This document shows, in pieces, positions 24,060-38,319 of a stretch of 64,000 bases of DNA (the first letter of the stretch is position 1; each line of letters starts with the position of its first letter). The notes under the pieces were generated by a model, which saw only the letters and a program-made list of their open reading frames with translations, was not told where the DNA came from and did not search any database. This stretch comes from Botryllus schlosseri (Eukaryota), in NCBI GenBank assembly GCA_051294905.1, contig CM119385.1:19778001-19842000 (forward strand), written 5' to 3'. A program made the translations under genes and the position numbers.

Positions 24060-27000
24060 GGCCTATTACAAATGCAAGCTGGGGCTCGGGCTTTCGCATT
24101 GGGACATCAAACCGAGTTACGTAACGCAGGTTTTATCAAACTTTGCAAACTTTCTGTCGTACAAGAGTCAATTAAAACCAGTTACTATGCATTTCCTGCG
24201 CAGTGAAACTGAGGTAGGCTAATTGGTTGCAGTATCCGCAATTACCAGGCCAGCAATTAGCAGACCAGAGCCCGGGCGAGACATGAAGAGATTTTTTGAA
24301 GTTGTAAATTCTCAACAGCAGGAAATTCGGTAACATTCATACAAATTATGTAGGGGGACAATTCTAAACTTCCTACAATCGTTACTCCTTTCTAGTGTGA
24401 CATGTACGATCGAAGTACCTGGAATTGCACATTTTAAGACGAAGGTTCTCGTTCATTATCATTAATGAGCCTATATATAACTTCAAGTAGTACCGAATTT
24501 GAACATGGCGAAGGTACGCGTCATCGCGATGAACGCACTAGCGCTGCGTTCATACAGCGACAGTGATGACAAAAAAGTAGTACTACTTTGTAATTCAAAG
24601 ATAATGTATCGCGATCGCGACTGTTGAGCGTCCCAAATAGGGTCGCAATTTGAGAAGCCCAAATAAGCAAAAAAGTGTAGGAGCATAAATTATGCTGGTT
24701 GCCTTACATGCGAACTGACGGAACAACTGTAAATCAACGCGAAGCTGATCACTTTTATACTTGACATTAACGCAAACCTCCCGCCTCTGAAGTTAACTCC
24801 TGTGGTCGAGTATCGTAGTTAAATAAGCTCACAATGGGTGTAATTTTATTTATAAGATCATAACATGTCGTTGTCTGGATATTTTAGTAGGATTCCTATA
24901 GAACTGTTTGACATGAGCTGCATTGACCTATTATATGCCTCGACCACTACGTGTAGTAGTCATTTAACACACAATTCCAACACATAATAGAGTAGAAGTA
25001 TATATATCAAAACAATCTTAAGGTGAACTCGAGCCGTTGAACTAAAAAGGAGGAATGGCCAGCGGTATCAGTTTACACAAGTATCCGGTTGATAAAAACC
25101 TGTAACACGAGACAAAAAATTCAACATCGCTAACAGACTGAAAAAAAAACATTTGTTCGAATGCTGCAGAAGACTACTACGTATACTTTACAGAAATCGT
25201 AATTGTGGTAACTGTTGTACTTCGAAGCAACATGCCAGCAACGCAATAATTTGGGTCTGGCTTAACTGTGAAAGATTATTCGGATTAGCTATTATGCAAT
25301 ACGACAGAGCAACTGCGGTATGGTGAAGAATATTGATGTCAAAGAAGCCAAATTTATTGATATTATGCGAGTGTAAATGACAACAGATGCACTTTGAGGA
25401 CTCGCTGTAATGAAGACCCGATAATGAAATGAGTAGATCGATGAATGTTGCTCACAACGGCGTTGCGTTCAGTTTTCTTGAAAAACTAACTTACGAGCCC
25501 GATACGACATAACAAGCTCTCGTGTGTTTTCGGATTCAAGTTACACCACACGTGACCCGGTAATACCGAGTAATAAAGCTATTATGATAAATATGCATCT
25601 GTAATGTTCGGAGATAATAGTGTATAACCGACAATTAGCACATATACAACTCCCATTGTGTCCTATCTTCGGCTCGCTGTCAGACCATTTTATCATAAAC
25701 ACTCCTGTATGCGGGCGATATAAATGTATTCATCTAAAATATATTCGTTGCATTATCGTTGTCAGCTAATTTGCCACCTGGTATTTACAGGTCATTAATA
25801 GTTTTACTAGAATTGATAACGAGTGAGTGTAGAGTGTAAACTGTACATATGATAGACCAAAGTGTTGATAACGATCCAGACTAGAGCTAGAATTAAGTTG
25901 TTGCGGAAAATCTACAGTCCTACACGCTTCCCATTTCCTCTCTAGACTGCGCTTCTGATGACTTTATTAGATAAGCTATTGTGTCCGAGTGACAGCTTCA
26001 AAACCGACTGTTACTAGCAGCATATATCCTATTGATATGAGATGTGCATCGATTATGAACTGAACGGTACATTTAATGATTTCCTGTTATGTAATTCTGT
26101 GTACTGTGTGATAGAGTCATCAAAGAAACCTATATGTTACATTTCCTGTAACATCAATTACAGGCTACTTACATATCGAGTCAATCCACGAAAACAGTAC
26201 CCTGTTACACACGCATTGCTACAATATATTTCAAAAGGTTATAACTAAACCAGTCGAAAGAGCGCAAATCAAGCGATCCGTGATCCTGAACTGAATGCGT
26301 ATGTGAACCTGAACAACTGAACAATGAACACTTAACAGTGCTTAATCGATAGAGATTATCCAGTCAAAATCCACCATAAAAATGATCGAATAAAACTACC
26401 GTTTGGACCTTTCCCGTCATTTCTCCAGATACACAGGGCGCAGAAGCCAGTACGACGCAACCCAGACCGATACTTCGGTTATTACTCCACCGAAAGTTCG
26501 ACTATACGTCGCCCTAACTTACGCTAATACTTGAACACTCCATAGTACGATTTTCCAAATCCTGTGAAAAGAATAAACCATCCGTACAATATCCAGCCAG
26601 GGAGCATTGTGGGCGGTCGCAAATCCCTTGGAATCCGAATTAGCCGCACAGTGAAGATCGATTAATCTTGATCTCGGCGATCCCGATGTTTCACGCTTTC
26701 CATATATAATACCTAATTTGCTGCTCTGCGCGTTGCAGTGATCACTCACCGTGTTAATCTGAAATTGCCTAATTCATCTGATAAGTTTTAACCGCCGTAT
26801 ATACGTCTCGTCAAAACTCCGCCCGTGTTTAAGCCACTATTCACACCTATTCTCGGTAATATTTTCATGTCTACGGACAAGATTCTTATCTTAAAATGAT
26901 ACTTGTTTTGATACCACTTAAACGATATCGGATTCGGATATCTCCTTATTATTTGCATGGCGTCGAAAACTATTACACGACAAGCCAAGAATTTCTCGGT

Positions 27001-29104
27001 ATCATATCCAATTACATGGATAGCACACTGCTCGTAGTCTCCAAGACAATTGGCCGTCCGGGATTTAACTACCATGATGCAAAGACGCGCACTTCTAATT
27101 GTAGCGATCCTGTTTGGAAAATAGATTAGCGATGATGCTATGAAAACGTGACGCGCTAATACGTTACTAGAGGCACTATGAATGTGTAATCCCTACACAT
27201 ATACATGGAGCATCCACGATTCAATTCAGGAGAATAAGATCGCGCCTTACACCAACAAAACGCGACTCATGAAAAGCGTAACACTCATCCTTGTCTACCT
27301 TAGCGTGACCGCTTATCCCTCCATTAAACCTGTTATTTGGCAAAATCTCGATGATAGGGAACGATTTACTGACTATTATCTTCGCAGCGCCTTTTGTAGA
27401 TAAAATGAAATTATTTTTCACGCTCCTCTTTGCTACCGCGTCGCCCATCTGCGCTGCCATAGATTCCAACTAACTGGAACGGTCAGCTATCCAATTACGC
27501 GCTCCATGTCCGCGAAGGCGTATATTTCGCGACGGGGCGCGCAGTCAAAAAGTTTAGGAAAGAAAAAGCGATGGTTTGAGTTTTCCACAACTCGCCTGAC
27601 TGATTTTACGCTTCGCGATACGACGCGAGCTGCCAATCGCCCGAGGCTTATACGTAAATACCGCGAGGTAATAAGAAAAATTACAACTATCTTTACACTA
27701 TTCCGTTCTTCTTTGCGGTTGTACTGGACGGGCGGGAGAAAAGACGGCGCGCATCAATAAAGCATGCATGCGACCGCTGTTAAGTGTAGGCTATCTCAAA
27801 TGCGACTATGAGATAAAATCATCGGACATTTGGCGCTATACCTGTCCTATGCTGTGGGCGTATTTGCCCGACGCGGTTTAAAGGTATATCATCACCCATC
27901 GCCATAAACAATGCATGAGTAATACAGTAGATGAAGAGCACGGTTCACTGAAATCTTGAAATTCTTCTAGGTGTTCTAGTGAATTTGTCGACTCGAGGTT
28001 TTGACATTGTAGATATCGGTTACATACATTGCGTTGAAACTGTAAATAACATTGAACGTGGAATTCACCAGTACGACAGAATCAAATGTTACATCTATAT
28101 TACGGTGCCCGGGATCGACACCGTATAATGTACAACGCTGTGTTCTGACACAAAGGTAGTGGTGTTAGCTATATTGTCCAAATTAGCGACGGTGTGAGCT
28201 GCGAACTAATATGAAATATTCGAATTTCTCTGAACTAGAACGCGTAAAGAAAGCTTGTCGTGAACCTGAACGAGAAACTATCACACCGCGAATTCAAAAT
28301 ATGTGCCAAATATCTCCGTCCTTTTGTTATTAATTTCATCGATTCAAAGCATGACAAGATTGCAACATTTTAAATGGCTGTAACAAATCGCAACAGCATC
28401 GCGGAGTTTATTAACCACCAAAATCCCCACCTCCGCCTACAATAGTAATATAATTACTAATGACGTTAACAAATGGCATGCATTGTGAAAATTGGTAGGT
28501 ATAAAATCTCCATGTACTGGGGCGGCCAAAAATGTAATAACGTTTTACAGTACGATTTGGGGAAATAAATAATGATGAAACCGCGATGTCTGAATACAAA
28601 GCAACTTAGCCTCTCACCTGTTATACGGTTATAGATACACATTACACATACACAAGCAGGTCAGTCGGGTTGCAGTGTCATTACGGTGTGTCGTGTGTCC
28701 TATGTAGGATTGACCAGGTCGCAGGCACGTATTTTCTTAATGCAGCTATATGGTACCTTTAGCGACTGTCCAGTGTCCACTGTCCATATTAAGGTTGGTA
28801 ATTGGTCAAATGTCGAATCACAGTCAATTCTAATCGTAGGCCTACTCCTCTCCTAAATCCAAGCCAGAATATAATAAAATCTCTTTCTTTGAAGTTTTTA
28901 TTCACAGAAATAAAACTAAGAGAGTATATGCAGTACACACATAATAGCAATGTAGGCCTATATATCCTTTCATGCACTATTGCTTCAAGGATCTTAAAGC
29001 GCGTAATCGGTTCGTCAGTTCGCACATGCTTATTAGGCGCTGTCAATCAAAACTGCTTTGCCGAATGGGAAAGCGCAAAGTACCTGTAATATGATTATTT
29101 CTGT

Positions 29105-29488
29105 TGCTTCGGTTCGAATCACCTGATTCAATATTTGAAACAGTCTATTCAAAAAATATTCGAATCGAAACCGTGATCCATGTGAATACGATACAGTTTC
29201 ACGTGATTATTGTATCATCTTCTTTTACTTCTCATTCAGTGGACAAGCATCCTCTTTACGTCGCCTAGGCCCAGCTCAGTATCTGATTTCAAAGGCTTCG
29301 CTTGCTTGCTTCGCTTCGAATCACTTGATTCGATATTCGAAACACTTTATTCAAAAACTATTCGAATCGAAACCGTGATCCATGTGAATACGATCCTCTT
29401 TTACTTCTCATTCAGTGGACAATGGACAATGGACATGCCTCCTCTTTACATCGTCTAGGCCCAGCTGAGTATCCGATTTCAAAGGCTA
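29105..29488 (+). repeat. Tandem duplication of a ~190-bp chimeric unit (TTCGAA-rich segment plus LINE 3'-UTR-like segment)
   Basis: Two copies share TATTCGAATCGAAACCGTGATCCATGTGAATACGAT. Each also has TTTTACTTCTCATTCAGTGGA...CCTCTTTAC.TCG.CTAGGCC, which matches 42868-42920. Confidence 0.75.
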
Positions 29489-32122
29489 GTCCAAGCACGC
29501 TCCTATCTTATCGTTGTATCACAGTCTTGTGTTGTTTTGAAATTATGAAATGAAGAAATTATACTGATACTGATCATGCTTTGTTTAAATTTGACCGCGA
29601 AGAGGACGGGGGTTTGTTTCGGTACGTTTGCGAATTTTGTTTCAAAGTTGCCAAAACGCCAATGGTTTTGAGATGGTGTAATACTTCTAGAAATTTTGTT
29701 ATGTTTTGAAATGATTCGGAGCGATGAACTCCGCAGGGTACTATCGTGAGGGGAGTCTGGAGTTCATATCATTCTTTAGTTAGTGCGTAACCATTGATGA
29801 CTCACACATGGTGCATGAGACGCATAGCTTATCCCTGATATATTTCTCCCCAACAAACATGCATCTTATGCCTCTTTTGAAGCATAACTGTAATAGGGGA
29901 GATGTGGTGTGGTTCCGATAGCACGGTGGGATGAAATATAGTTAAACGGTCCTGTATGATAATCCAATCCAATCGTTCCACTATGGTATAATTTGGTTTT
30001 AATTGCATGATACTAGCTTTCGTTTTCCAAAAATACAATAACTCCTGCTTGTGCTGGTTATGCTGCCTGTGGCAGGAATTTTCCGGTTTTGTGGGGAAAA
30101 GTAGATTTTGGTTGACGTAAACATGTTGTCCGATCTTCAACCCGAAGAAACTGATAAAATCATTTCTAATGCGAAGTGCAAGGCTTGTATCATGCTATAT
30201 GATGGCAAATCATTTTTATTCGATTATGCTTGACCAATGACCAGACTTTTTTCACTTTCAATATGACATGACACTAAGGTGAGATCAAACAAGGGATTTT
30301 AACCAACTAATTATGTAAACGGAGTATAATATGAAGACATGGGAAGTTGTTTATCATATTCATACATGCGATATGTTATCGCTAGAACTTACCATTGGAA
30401 AATTACATTTTGCACTCTGTTGGCAGAAGTATAGATGGATATGCTGCTTTTTAATATCCTAATTTATCAGTTATAGGTAAATTTTGCTTCGTTTCTATGC
30501 CCTGATAGATTTCTGACGCGAGGAAGCTTTTTCCGTGTGCTATAGGTCCCTATTCGCAAACGAATGACGTCTTCTGTTGATTTATGGACAATCCTCAAAT
30601 GTTGTAATTGCGACTTTAAATCAAAATGTGATTTTAGGCCAAAGCTTAAGTTAATTTAAATTAATTACATCTATTAAAGTAACCTACCAAACAAGCTGCA
30701 TCTTTGATTATAATATACGACAGGCAATACCGGAATATTTTTAATTTGAGTGCATGTTTTACCAGCCCGGCGTATGCTCCTTTGAACCCACTGGGTGGGA
30801 ACGAAAGATTTCTTTGTACAGCAATTTTTAATAGTTTTGAGTATTTTCTGAGTACGCAGAGATTCCCTGAATGTTGGTAGCGCTTAGAGCAATGTTGAAG
30901 GCTTGGGCGCCATGGTATCATTTTGTATTTTAAGGTCCACGCGGGGCCTTTATCGTAGGCCCCGGTCAACTGGTCCCTTAACTCCGTATTGATGTAGTGA
31001 TATCACAAGACGAGGTTGTTGTTTGTATAATAGACTTCATATAGACTCGGCATTTTGGCATATTCCTGCCGTTCCATTTGCGTATTTTCTGATTCCCAAG
31101 GATGATTTTCAATTATGATATATAGAAGTCTGCTGGTAAATGGGTGGTACAATAAGATCTAGTGCAAAATTCAAACCAGCTCGTTGTCATCGAATTGGTA
31201 ATGTCACGCGAGTCACGACATACTCAGGTTCGCCATCAACCTATGAATTATATAGGAAAGGCGTAACGCCCTGTTCTAAGCGATATAGCCTATGTTCAAT
31301 AAATTTAACCGTGGTGGGACTCAAGCTGGGTACCAAGGCGTAATGGTAGAGCGGTATACCCCGGAGACTTTGTCAAGTGCAGCATGTAGACATTTGATAG
31401 TTATTTAATTTCCACTCCTCTCATTTCTTAGATATGGAGGAAGCAAACATAGCAGATTATCCTAATCGTGCGACGAAGTTTAAAGTCCATGCCCCTCTGT
31501 CGCGTCCAAGATGTTATGTTTCGTTTTCATTGAGTAATAGAACCTCGGAAATGCCACAAAGCCGCTTGAATCGGACGAAATACACGCGCATGTATAAAAT
31601 ACCGCATTCTGTAGTACGTTATTCAACCAAGACGTCTTATCTCCGCAAGATTTTAACAAAATTAGCGAGGTTAAATCAACCCTAACCTTCGTGATCTTTA
31701 TAGCTTACTTTGAAAGGCACTTATTCCGATTCGGGTAAACTCGATCCAAATTCCAACCTGCAGGATGTTACTATCTCCGTGTTTTTGTGTTCTTACATCC
31801 TTTTTGCACGAAGCCGATTATTTTACACATTAACAGTAATCAGGCTGAAATGACATCGTTAGATACGTAGCCTATTGCAAACAAACATAGTACTGCGTTT
31901 TAATAAATGTGCAAAATCAACAGGCACGTTGTTCGTATTAAATGAATCCAGTATTATGCATTTTTAACGAAACGGCTTTGTAATTTCAATTCTACAGTAT
32001 AGGTTAATCTTGAAAGACACGCAAAATTTGAATGCACTGGCGCGCATCGAGTTTTGACAAGTTTTCGAAGGGCAATAATAGTTTGGGAAGGGAACTGTTG
32101 ATATACACTAAATATTCTAGAG

Positions 32123-33009
32123 CAGCGGTTCTCAACCGGGGGCCCGGGAATCATTTTCAGGGGGTCCGCGAAGCCTCAAAATAGTTGATAACCTAATTTG
32201 TATTACATTAATTCGAAAAATCACGACGCAGGTTCGCTTCATTACTAGTACAACTCCAGAGCTCACATCAACAGAATGGCCATCTGAAATGAAATATCCT
32301 ACCGTGCAGACTCATATTAATTGTGAAATTACCAATATAGCCTACTGATACAAACATTTTGCTGTTTAGAGATGTTTTGTTGGGGATTGTCGAAAAAATG
32401 TTTGGATGAGTAAGGTCAATCACGGTGACTTCGAAATGTTTACAAAAATCCATTCTCTCCTGTGATATTCACAACCATTTTCCATAATAACTTCATGATA
32501 AGCTGCTCGAGCTAGATGAAATGAACAGGCTTGACGTTATATGTTCATTAAAAAAATTGTTTGTCAATTTTGGTGCGCTATTTGTTGCGATCATACCTGA
32601 ACATGACGCCGGAAGCGTTACCTGTTATTCGCCACCACCTATTTGTGGAAATAGATTTTCGGCACTCGTTCATATCAAATTGAAGGCGTGAATTTTCAAG
32701 ACACGACCACGTATTTCAAGAAATGCAGTTGCAGAATTTGCTTCGAAATAACAGAGGTCAACCTACTTTTTACATGAATAGTATGATATTATATTCAATT
32801 GTATGTTGAAGTTCTGTACCTCAAAGAAGCTATTCAAGAAAAGTATATTTGTTGCTGTTTATCGCTAAGCCTACAGTTATCATTTGCACAAGACAGATGA
32901 CGATTGCGCGATAATTGAGCTAAATTTGAGCTAAAACGTCGTGGGGCTCCGCGGGGGTCCGTGACGGTGCGAAAGAGGTCCGCGAAGACAAAAAGGTTGA
33001 GAACCACTG
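32123..33009. mobile_element. hAT-type MITE
   Basis: TIR CAGCGGTTCTCAACC / GGTTGAGAACCACTG; perfect TSD TTCTAGAG (32115-32122, 33010-33017); GGGGTCCGCG repeats. Confidence 0.9.
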
Positions 33010-34319
33010 TTCTAGAGGTATAAATGTTTTCAGTGGAGAGGAATCGCTTACAATCGATTTCAAAATATGTGATATCATGAAGTTTGACCTGTGACTTTTA
33101 GTACTAATAATGCTAATGCTAATAAACCGAACTATTATCAACGGCATTTCTGATTCTCGTTTAGTAGGGTTCAGGTGTAGACGTAGACGTAGAATATAAA
33201 CAAAATATAGTATAATTTCACCACAAAGATACATTTTGGCACGTGAAATGCAGTCACTATACAAGAGAAATATTGACAATCTTCTACTGTTGACTGCAAT
33301 TTTGAAGCGTACCAACGACTGCTTTTGCCGGACGCAATTACTGCACACAGATCATTGGCTACATTCGTCTGTGGGTAGGGTTTGTGTCTCATCTGTTTGG
33401 ATTCGCAGCTAAACTTCACAGTTTTGACCCTGACTCGGTTACTTTGAACCGATGAAGTTACGGGATACAATGTCATTAAATTACATGTCGTCCGTTCACC
33501 TCGTACAGTACGCGGCTTGGTGTAATATCAGAATCACGATTTGCTATTGTGTCTAAAATGAACAAACAGTGTCGCACTGATACAAGTTTACCGCGTTGAC
33601 AAGCACTTTCGGGAAATTCATTCACAACAACAAGAACGCGACATACGAAAGCGAGACTTGATATCAAGCTTTTTGGCGGAAAAGCGTGTTACGAACTCAT
33701 CACTAACGCCGGCAACTCGTCAATTTAGTTCTTCAAATTTCACGAAACGACCTATGCGCCGCAGGTCGCCGATGTTCAGAGCGGATGAAAATAATAATGA
33801 GCAGCGAGTATTTCAGCCGTGAAACGTGATCACCAAGTCACACGCAAGCTTGATAAAATACCGCGCCGTTTCAGATCTTAATAATGTCGATCACATGCCC
33901 GTTGAAATATGGTTACTTTTACGTATTGATTATAGTGCCCGGTTAGAGCACCAGGCAACAGAAATCATGAATTTTGTGGAAGTGGTGCCGGGTGAGATAC
34001 TAGAACTGGGGCGTGTTACCAAAATAGATACTCAGTCTGGAAATTACGCATCGGTGAATAGTAAACACATTAAACATACTTGGAGGATGACCTCCAAGAC
34101 TGCAAATACCAAATGCCTATTATATTTCGTTTTTGTGAATTTGATAGCGATATCAACGTCTCGAACCCTTTGCCTTGCAGGTGGACGATCGCCGACGATT
34201 ATGGCAGATAAATATGCGCACTGTTGTTGTTTTGGTGCTCATGGTGCGTCGACTCTAGTGGTCGATATTCTTTATTATCATGCCGACTTGTAGTGCAATC
34301 TACTTCTAGACTTTTTAAG

Positions 34320-34772
34320 CCACGGTGAGGAGGACCCTAATACATAAACCTTCAACACTTTGGTAGGAATTCTGGTGTATATCTCGGTCGGACTCGCATT
34401 CGTAACCCGTCGCTGCTGTATAGCTGTGGAAAATAGCATCATCATCATCATCATCATCATTGGTTTATTAGCAATTTTATCAGTTCAATACACCACAAAA
34501 AATGCGATACAATGAATAGACAGGAAGATGTCGAAGCGACTTGGATTTGTCTATGGAATCAGACACCCACCTTGGCCGAGGCGATGTCAAGAGGATGCAT
34601 GCACACTTAATGAAAGTAAAGAAGACAGTATAGAAAAAGAAAGCGACAAGAATAGGGCGGCATTTCATGGGAAGCGAGATCGATAGGTCAGTCGTGGTCC
34701 GGTAATCTTGAGGATGGACTGTATTTATTTAATAGTAATTGCTTGTAGCACTGTACGCTATATCCCCGCGCA
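34320..34772 (-). mobile_element. tRNA-derived SINE split by the LINE fragment
   Basis: 34320-34436 and 34748-34772 align by eye to the uninterrupted SINE at 39390-39598 (GGTAGGAATTCT, GCTGTGGA..ATAGCA, CCGCGCAAT). Confidence 0.6.
34437..34747 (-). mobile_element. 5'-truncated LINE 3' end with (ATG)n tail, inserted into a SINE
   Basis: Reverse complement matches 42744-43045 closely; (CAT)8 tail at 34437-34460; TAGCA at both junctions. Confidence 0.85.
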
Positions 34773-34818
34773 ATAGGCCTGCTGATCTGCTCACCCCAAT
34801 AAAATAAGACATCACAGC

Positions 34819-35624
34819 CAGACAACTAGATAATTCTAGTTGTCTAATTTCACTAACGTAGAGTGAAATGCAAGTAATCTAATTCTAATCTAATTTGTGA
34901 ACGTTTCTATGCTCTCATCCCCGCAATTCTAATTTAATCTGTGAAATGTTTCTATGCTCTAATTCTAATTCTAATCTAATTCGTGAAATGGTCCTATGTT
35001 CTAATTCTAATTCTAATTCTAATCTAATTTATTGTTTTCCTGAAAATACCTCGCTGTCCGCGACATTTTGCAGGGAAATCCAGTACCAAGCCACCGACGC
35101 ATTACTTACTTACACCGTACTGACAATCAAAGTAGTAATTGTGACGAATAATAGCCATGCGTTAGTACAACGCCGAATCCGTTTCAGCTAGTGCGGAATA
35201 GTGCTGTTGGGCACAGGCGAATAACATATTTCGAAACAACAACAATAATAATTTCAAACTGAAATCAATTACAGCATTTCGAAATGATTTACTTCGCGTT
35301 CTTGCAAAATCACAAATCAGATCACCGGCCGCATGTGGTCCGCATGTGGTTCTCATTCACATTTTCATTCAATTTCCAAGTTTTTTGCGAATTCAGTAAT
35401 TCTAATTCTAATATAATTTGGAAAAATTGTGTAGCTCTACTTCTAATTCTAATCTAATTTGGAAAAATTGTGTAGCTCTAATTCTAATTCTAATCTAATT
35501 TGGAAAAAAAATGTGTAGTTCCAATTCCAAGTATAATCTAATTTAGAAAAAACTATGTAGCTCTAATTCTTCTAATTCTAATCTAATTTGGAAAAGCTGA
35601 AAATGTTCTAGTTGTCCAAGTCTG
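34819..35624. mobile_element. hAT-type MITE with internal CTAATT(CTAAT) tandem repeats
   Basis: Ends CAGACAACTAG...CTAGTTGTCCAAGTCTG; perfect TSD ATCACAGC (34811-34818, 35625-35632). ~45-bp tandem units at 35395-35600. Related fragments at ~230-310 and ~8075-8120. Confidence 0.85.
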
Positions 35625-37609
35625 ATCACAGCAGACTGAGCAGTCCTGTTAATGTGTAGAGTGTGTCGATATATAATAATTATACCGACAAGTGAGTAAA
35701 ATTAAGTGCAGGAGGAACGTGTTCCAGTTTCAGAATTCAAATTTATTTACTCCTGTGGAATCAACCAATAAGCTACTTTTACGAACATGATGATTTTCTA
35801 TATCTGGATATCCAATATCGTTGTGTTTGAAAATTAAATCCCCACATTAGCTAGTACTATATGTATATAGGATAATCGCTGGTCAGTGATTATACGCAAT
35901 GAAATTATACGTGTCGGCCTTGGATCTTGTTTCGTTGAAAATAAATATTCGGAGTTTTCAAAAATAACTTTTTTTAAAAATTTCACTCGCTACATGATAA
36001 AATTGTAAGGTTGGCTAAAAAAACAATAGTCCCATCGCTACAAGAGAAGAAAGTTTTGGATTTATTATATAAAAATAAACAATGTTTTTTTAAATTTCTG
36101 TTCAACCCGTGAAATTGTGAGGTTGTCTATAGAAACGATGCCCACCACATTTGGCTCAATTCCAACCAGTGGAAGCGGAGTTATAACTGTAGAAAAATTT
36201 GTATTTGAATAAAATAGTATTCACGATGGCCAGGTTAGAGAATAAAGGGTTTGGGAACTGACAAGTGGGAAGTTGTGGTTTTGCCCTTCTACGCTTTTTA
36301 GATGCTCAGCAATCGCATGAAACTATGACTGTATAGTCTTTTTTTCGTTATCTAATAATGGAACATATAGCGATTCGATCTGTGCACAATATTAGACGTG
36401 ACCATATTATATCTGAAAATTGAATTTAGTCTCTGATAGCGATAGTTTAACTCAGTTTTTTTCCAAACTTATTCCAGATACCGCCCCCTGGACGACCAAT
36501 AAGGTGCCAGCATCCCCCGGCACCCCCTCGACAAGTCTAAATCATAAACAGAAAGTTTTTCTGCATTTATTACAGCAAATAACCAGAGGTATGAAGATGG
36601 TGTATTATTATCATCATCCTCGTCATATTAGGCTTGAGTTTTGATAAGAACAATCCCATTCTAAAATATCCAGAGTACACGTCCCGTATTTTCAAGTCGG
36701 TTTCTGCTGTGAGTCAGAAATTTTGTCACGGGACTGCCAACACGTTCTATCCAAATATGAGCGGGGAACGGCAACGACGAAAGAGTCAACCCGACTCCAA
36801 TGAGAGTATTTTTATTTGATTCCATTGTGAATCCAGAACGAATGATTGGAGGTATAAAACTTTGGGTTGAACTCAAAATTGTCCTACACTACAATGTGAT
36901 TGGCTCCTCAATCATTTCATGCTCGGGAACTTCACAGAATGGATGGATTATCCAGTGAGGAATTTCTGATTGGAATATATCCAGGAACCAAATCACCATA
37001 TCCTCGTGCATTTTTCTGAAACGATTGATTCATGTTTCTTCATCAAAATCGGGTATTCGAGCTGGACCGGTAGCTCATGCAAGCTTGAGAATATGAACAG
37101 TTCACGTGTCGCAAAATTTCAGCGAACTATCATGGGCTTATCACAGAATCTGGACAGTGCCTTTTTCACCTTTATCAGGTTTCATCATTACTAATAACGG
37201 GTACATGCTACTCATAAATTTTCGAAAGTATGCCCGTAAGTACAAGCGATATCGTTTCTTGCAACCAGAACGCCGTGTCGAAGGCCACGGACGCAGCACT
37301 GTGGAAAATCCACGATGGTTTGAAACAGAGAATAGAATTACGCAAGGCAGTTTCTCGTAATAAGCCATAACACCTCGCAGTGAGCAATATTAAATACTTC
37401 GTAGTTCTCACAGAACACAAATGGACAATGCTTTTCAGGGATACTGGCGACTGCTTAATTAGTTCATTCATCAACATTGTCAAGTAACAATGGACTTCTC
37501 TGGTACAACTGAATAAATACACGGACGACCCTAAATTGACCTGACCGAATTGATTCTGCCTTTTTACTGCGAATTTAGCTGCTTTATTTGTCAATCGTTT
37601 GAACAATAC

Positions 37610-37760
37610 GCAGCAGTTGCCTGCTAAACCTACACCGCCCCCATTTGCTCTCAGTGTGCCCCTACCGCCCAATTTTATACCCAGCGCCCCCAATCGCCCA
37701 TTTCATGGCTCGCGAGCGCCCCCAGTGGGACGCTGGCGTCCACTTTGGAAACCCTTTAAC
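37610..37760. mobile_element. MITE fragment (CAGCGCCCC/ATCGCCC family); related fragment at ~48945-49095
   Basis: Both contain TTGCC..CTAAACCTA.ACCGC..CCAT...CAATCGCCCATT.CATGG...GCGCTGGCG.CCA.CTTTGG. Confidence 0.55.
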
Positions 37761-38319
37761 CTGAAACGCACCTTTACTATGTACCGTAGTCGTACCAATG
37801 GAGTCGTCACACTTCACAGAATAGATCTTGTCAGTTCTTAGCTCAGCGACCCTCGACCGCCGCGTCGCGACAAGATCACGTCTTTCTCTAAACAGCACAC
37901 GCCAGCGTTTAGACGAGACGTGCTGACTTCAAATATTAAATTACAATCCGTCCAGCCCAGTCAAACCCAAGCTATGTTATGCGTAATGTTATGTGTATCA
38001 TTGTGTTCATTCTATGTGTTATTTCAATACACAGCTATTATGTTCGACTAATATTTTTATTACGTAACGTTAATGACGAATTCTCACGGTGCACCCTCAT
38101 AATAATAGAATGGTCAAGCCAGTAGTAGGATCCAGCCGGCACGCACCGGTTCCATAGAGCCGTTTCATAACATTTTATGAGATCCGCGAACCGGTTATCA
38201 TTACTGGTTACTATCAATGACATTTTGTAATAGTACCGGCTGAAAATATGGCATTCGTGATAGAGCTGGCATACAAAAAAATTCAATCCGATCACTGGCT
38301 ATCCCTACACAATGGTAAT

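Noticed and set aside
23908-24099. ORF with an ERERER run; likewise the poly-Met ORF at 34278-34460
   Set aside because: Translations of the (GA)n microsatellite and the LINE (ATG)n tail.
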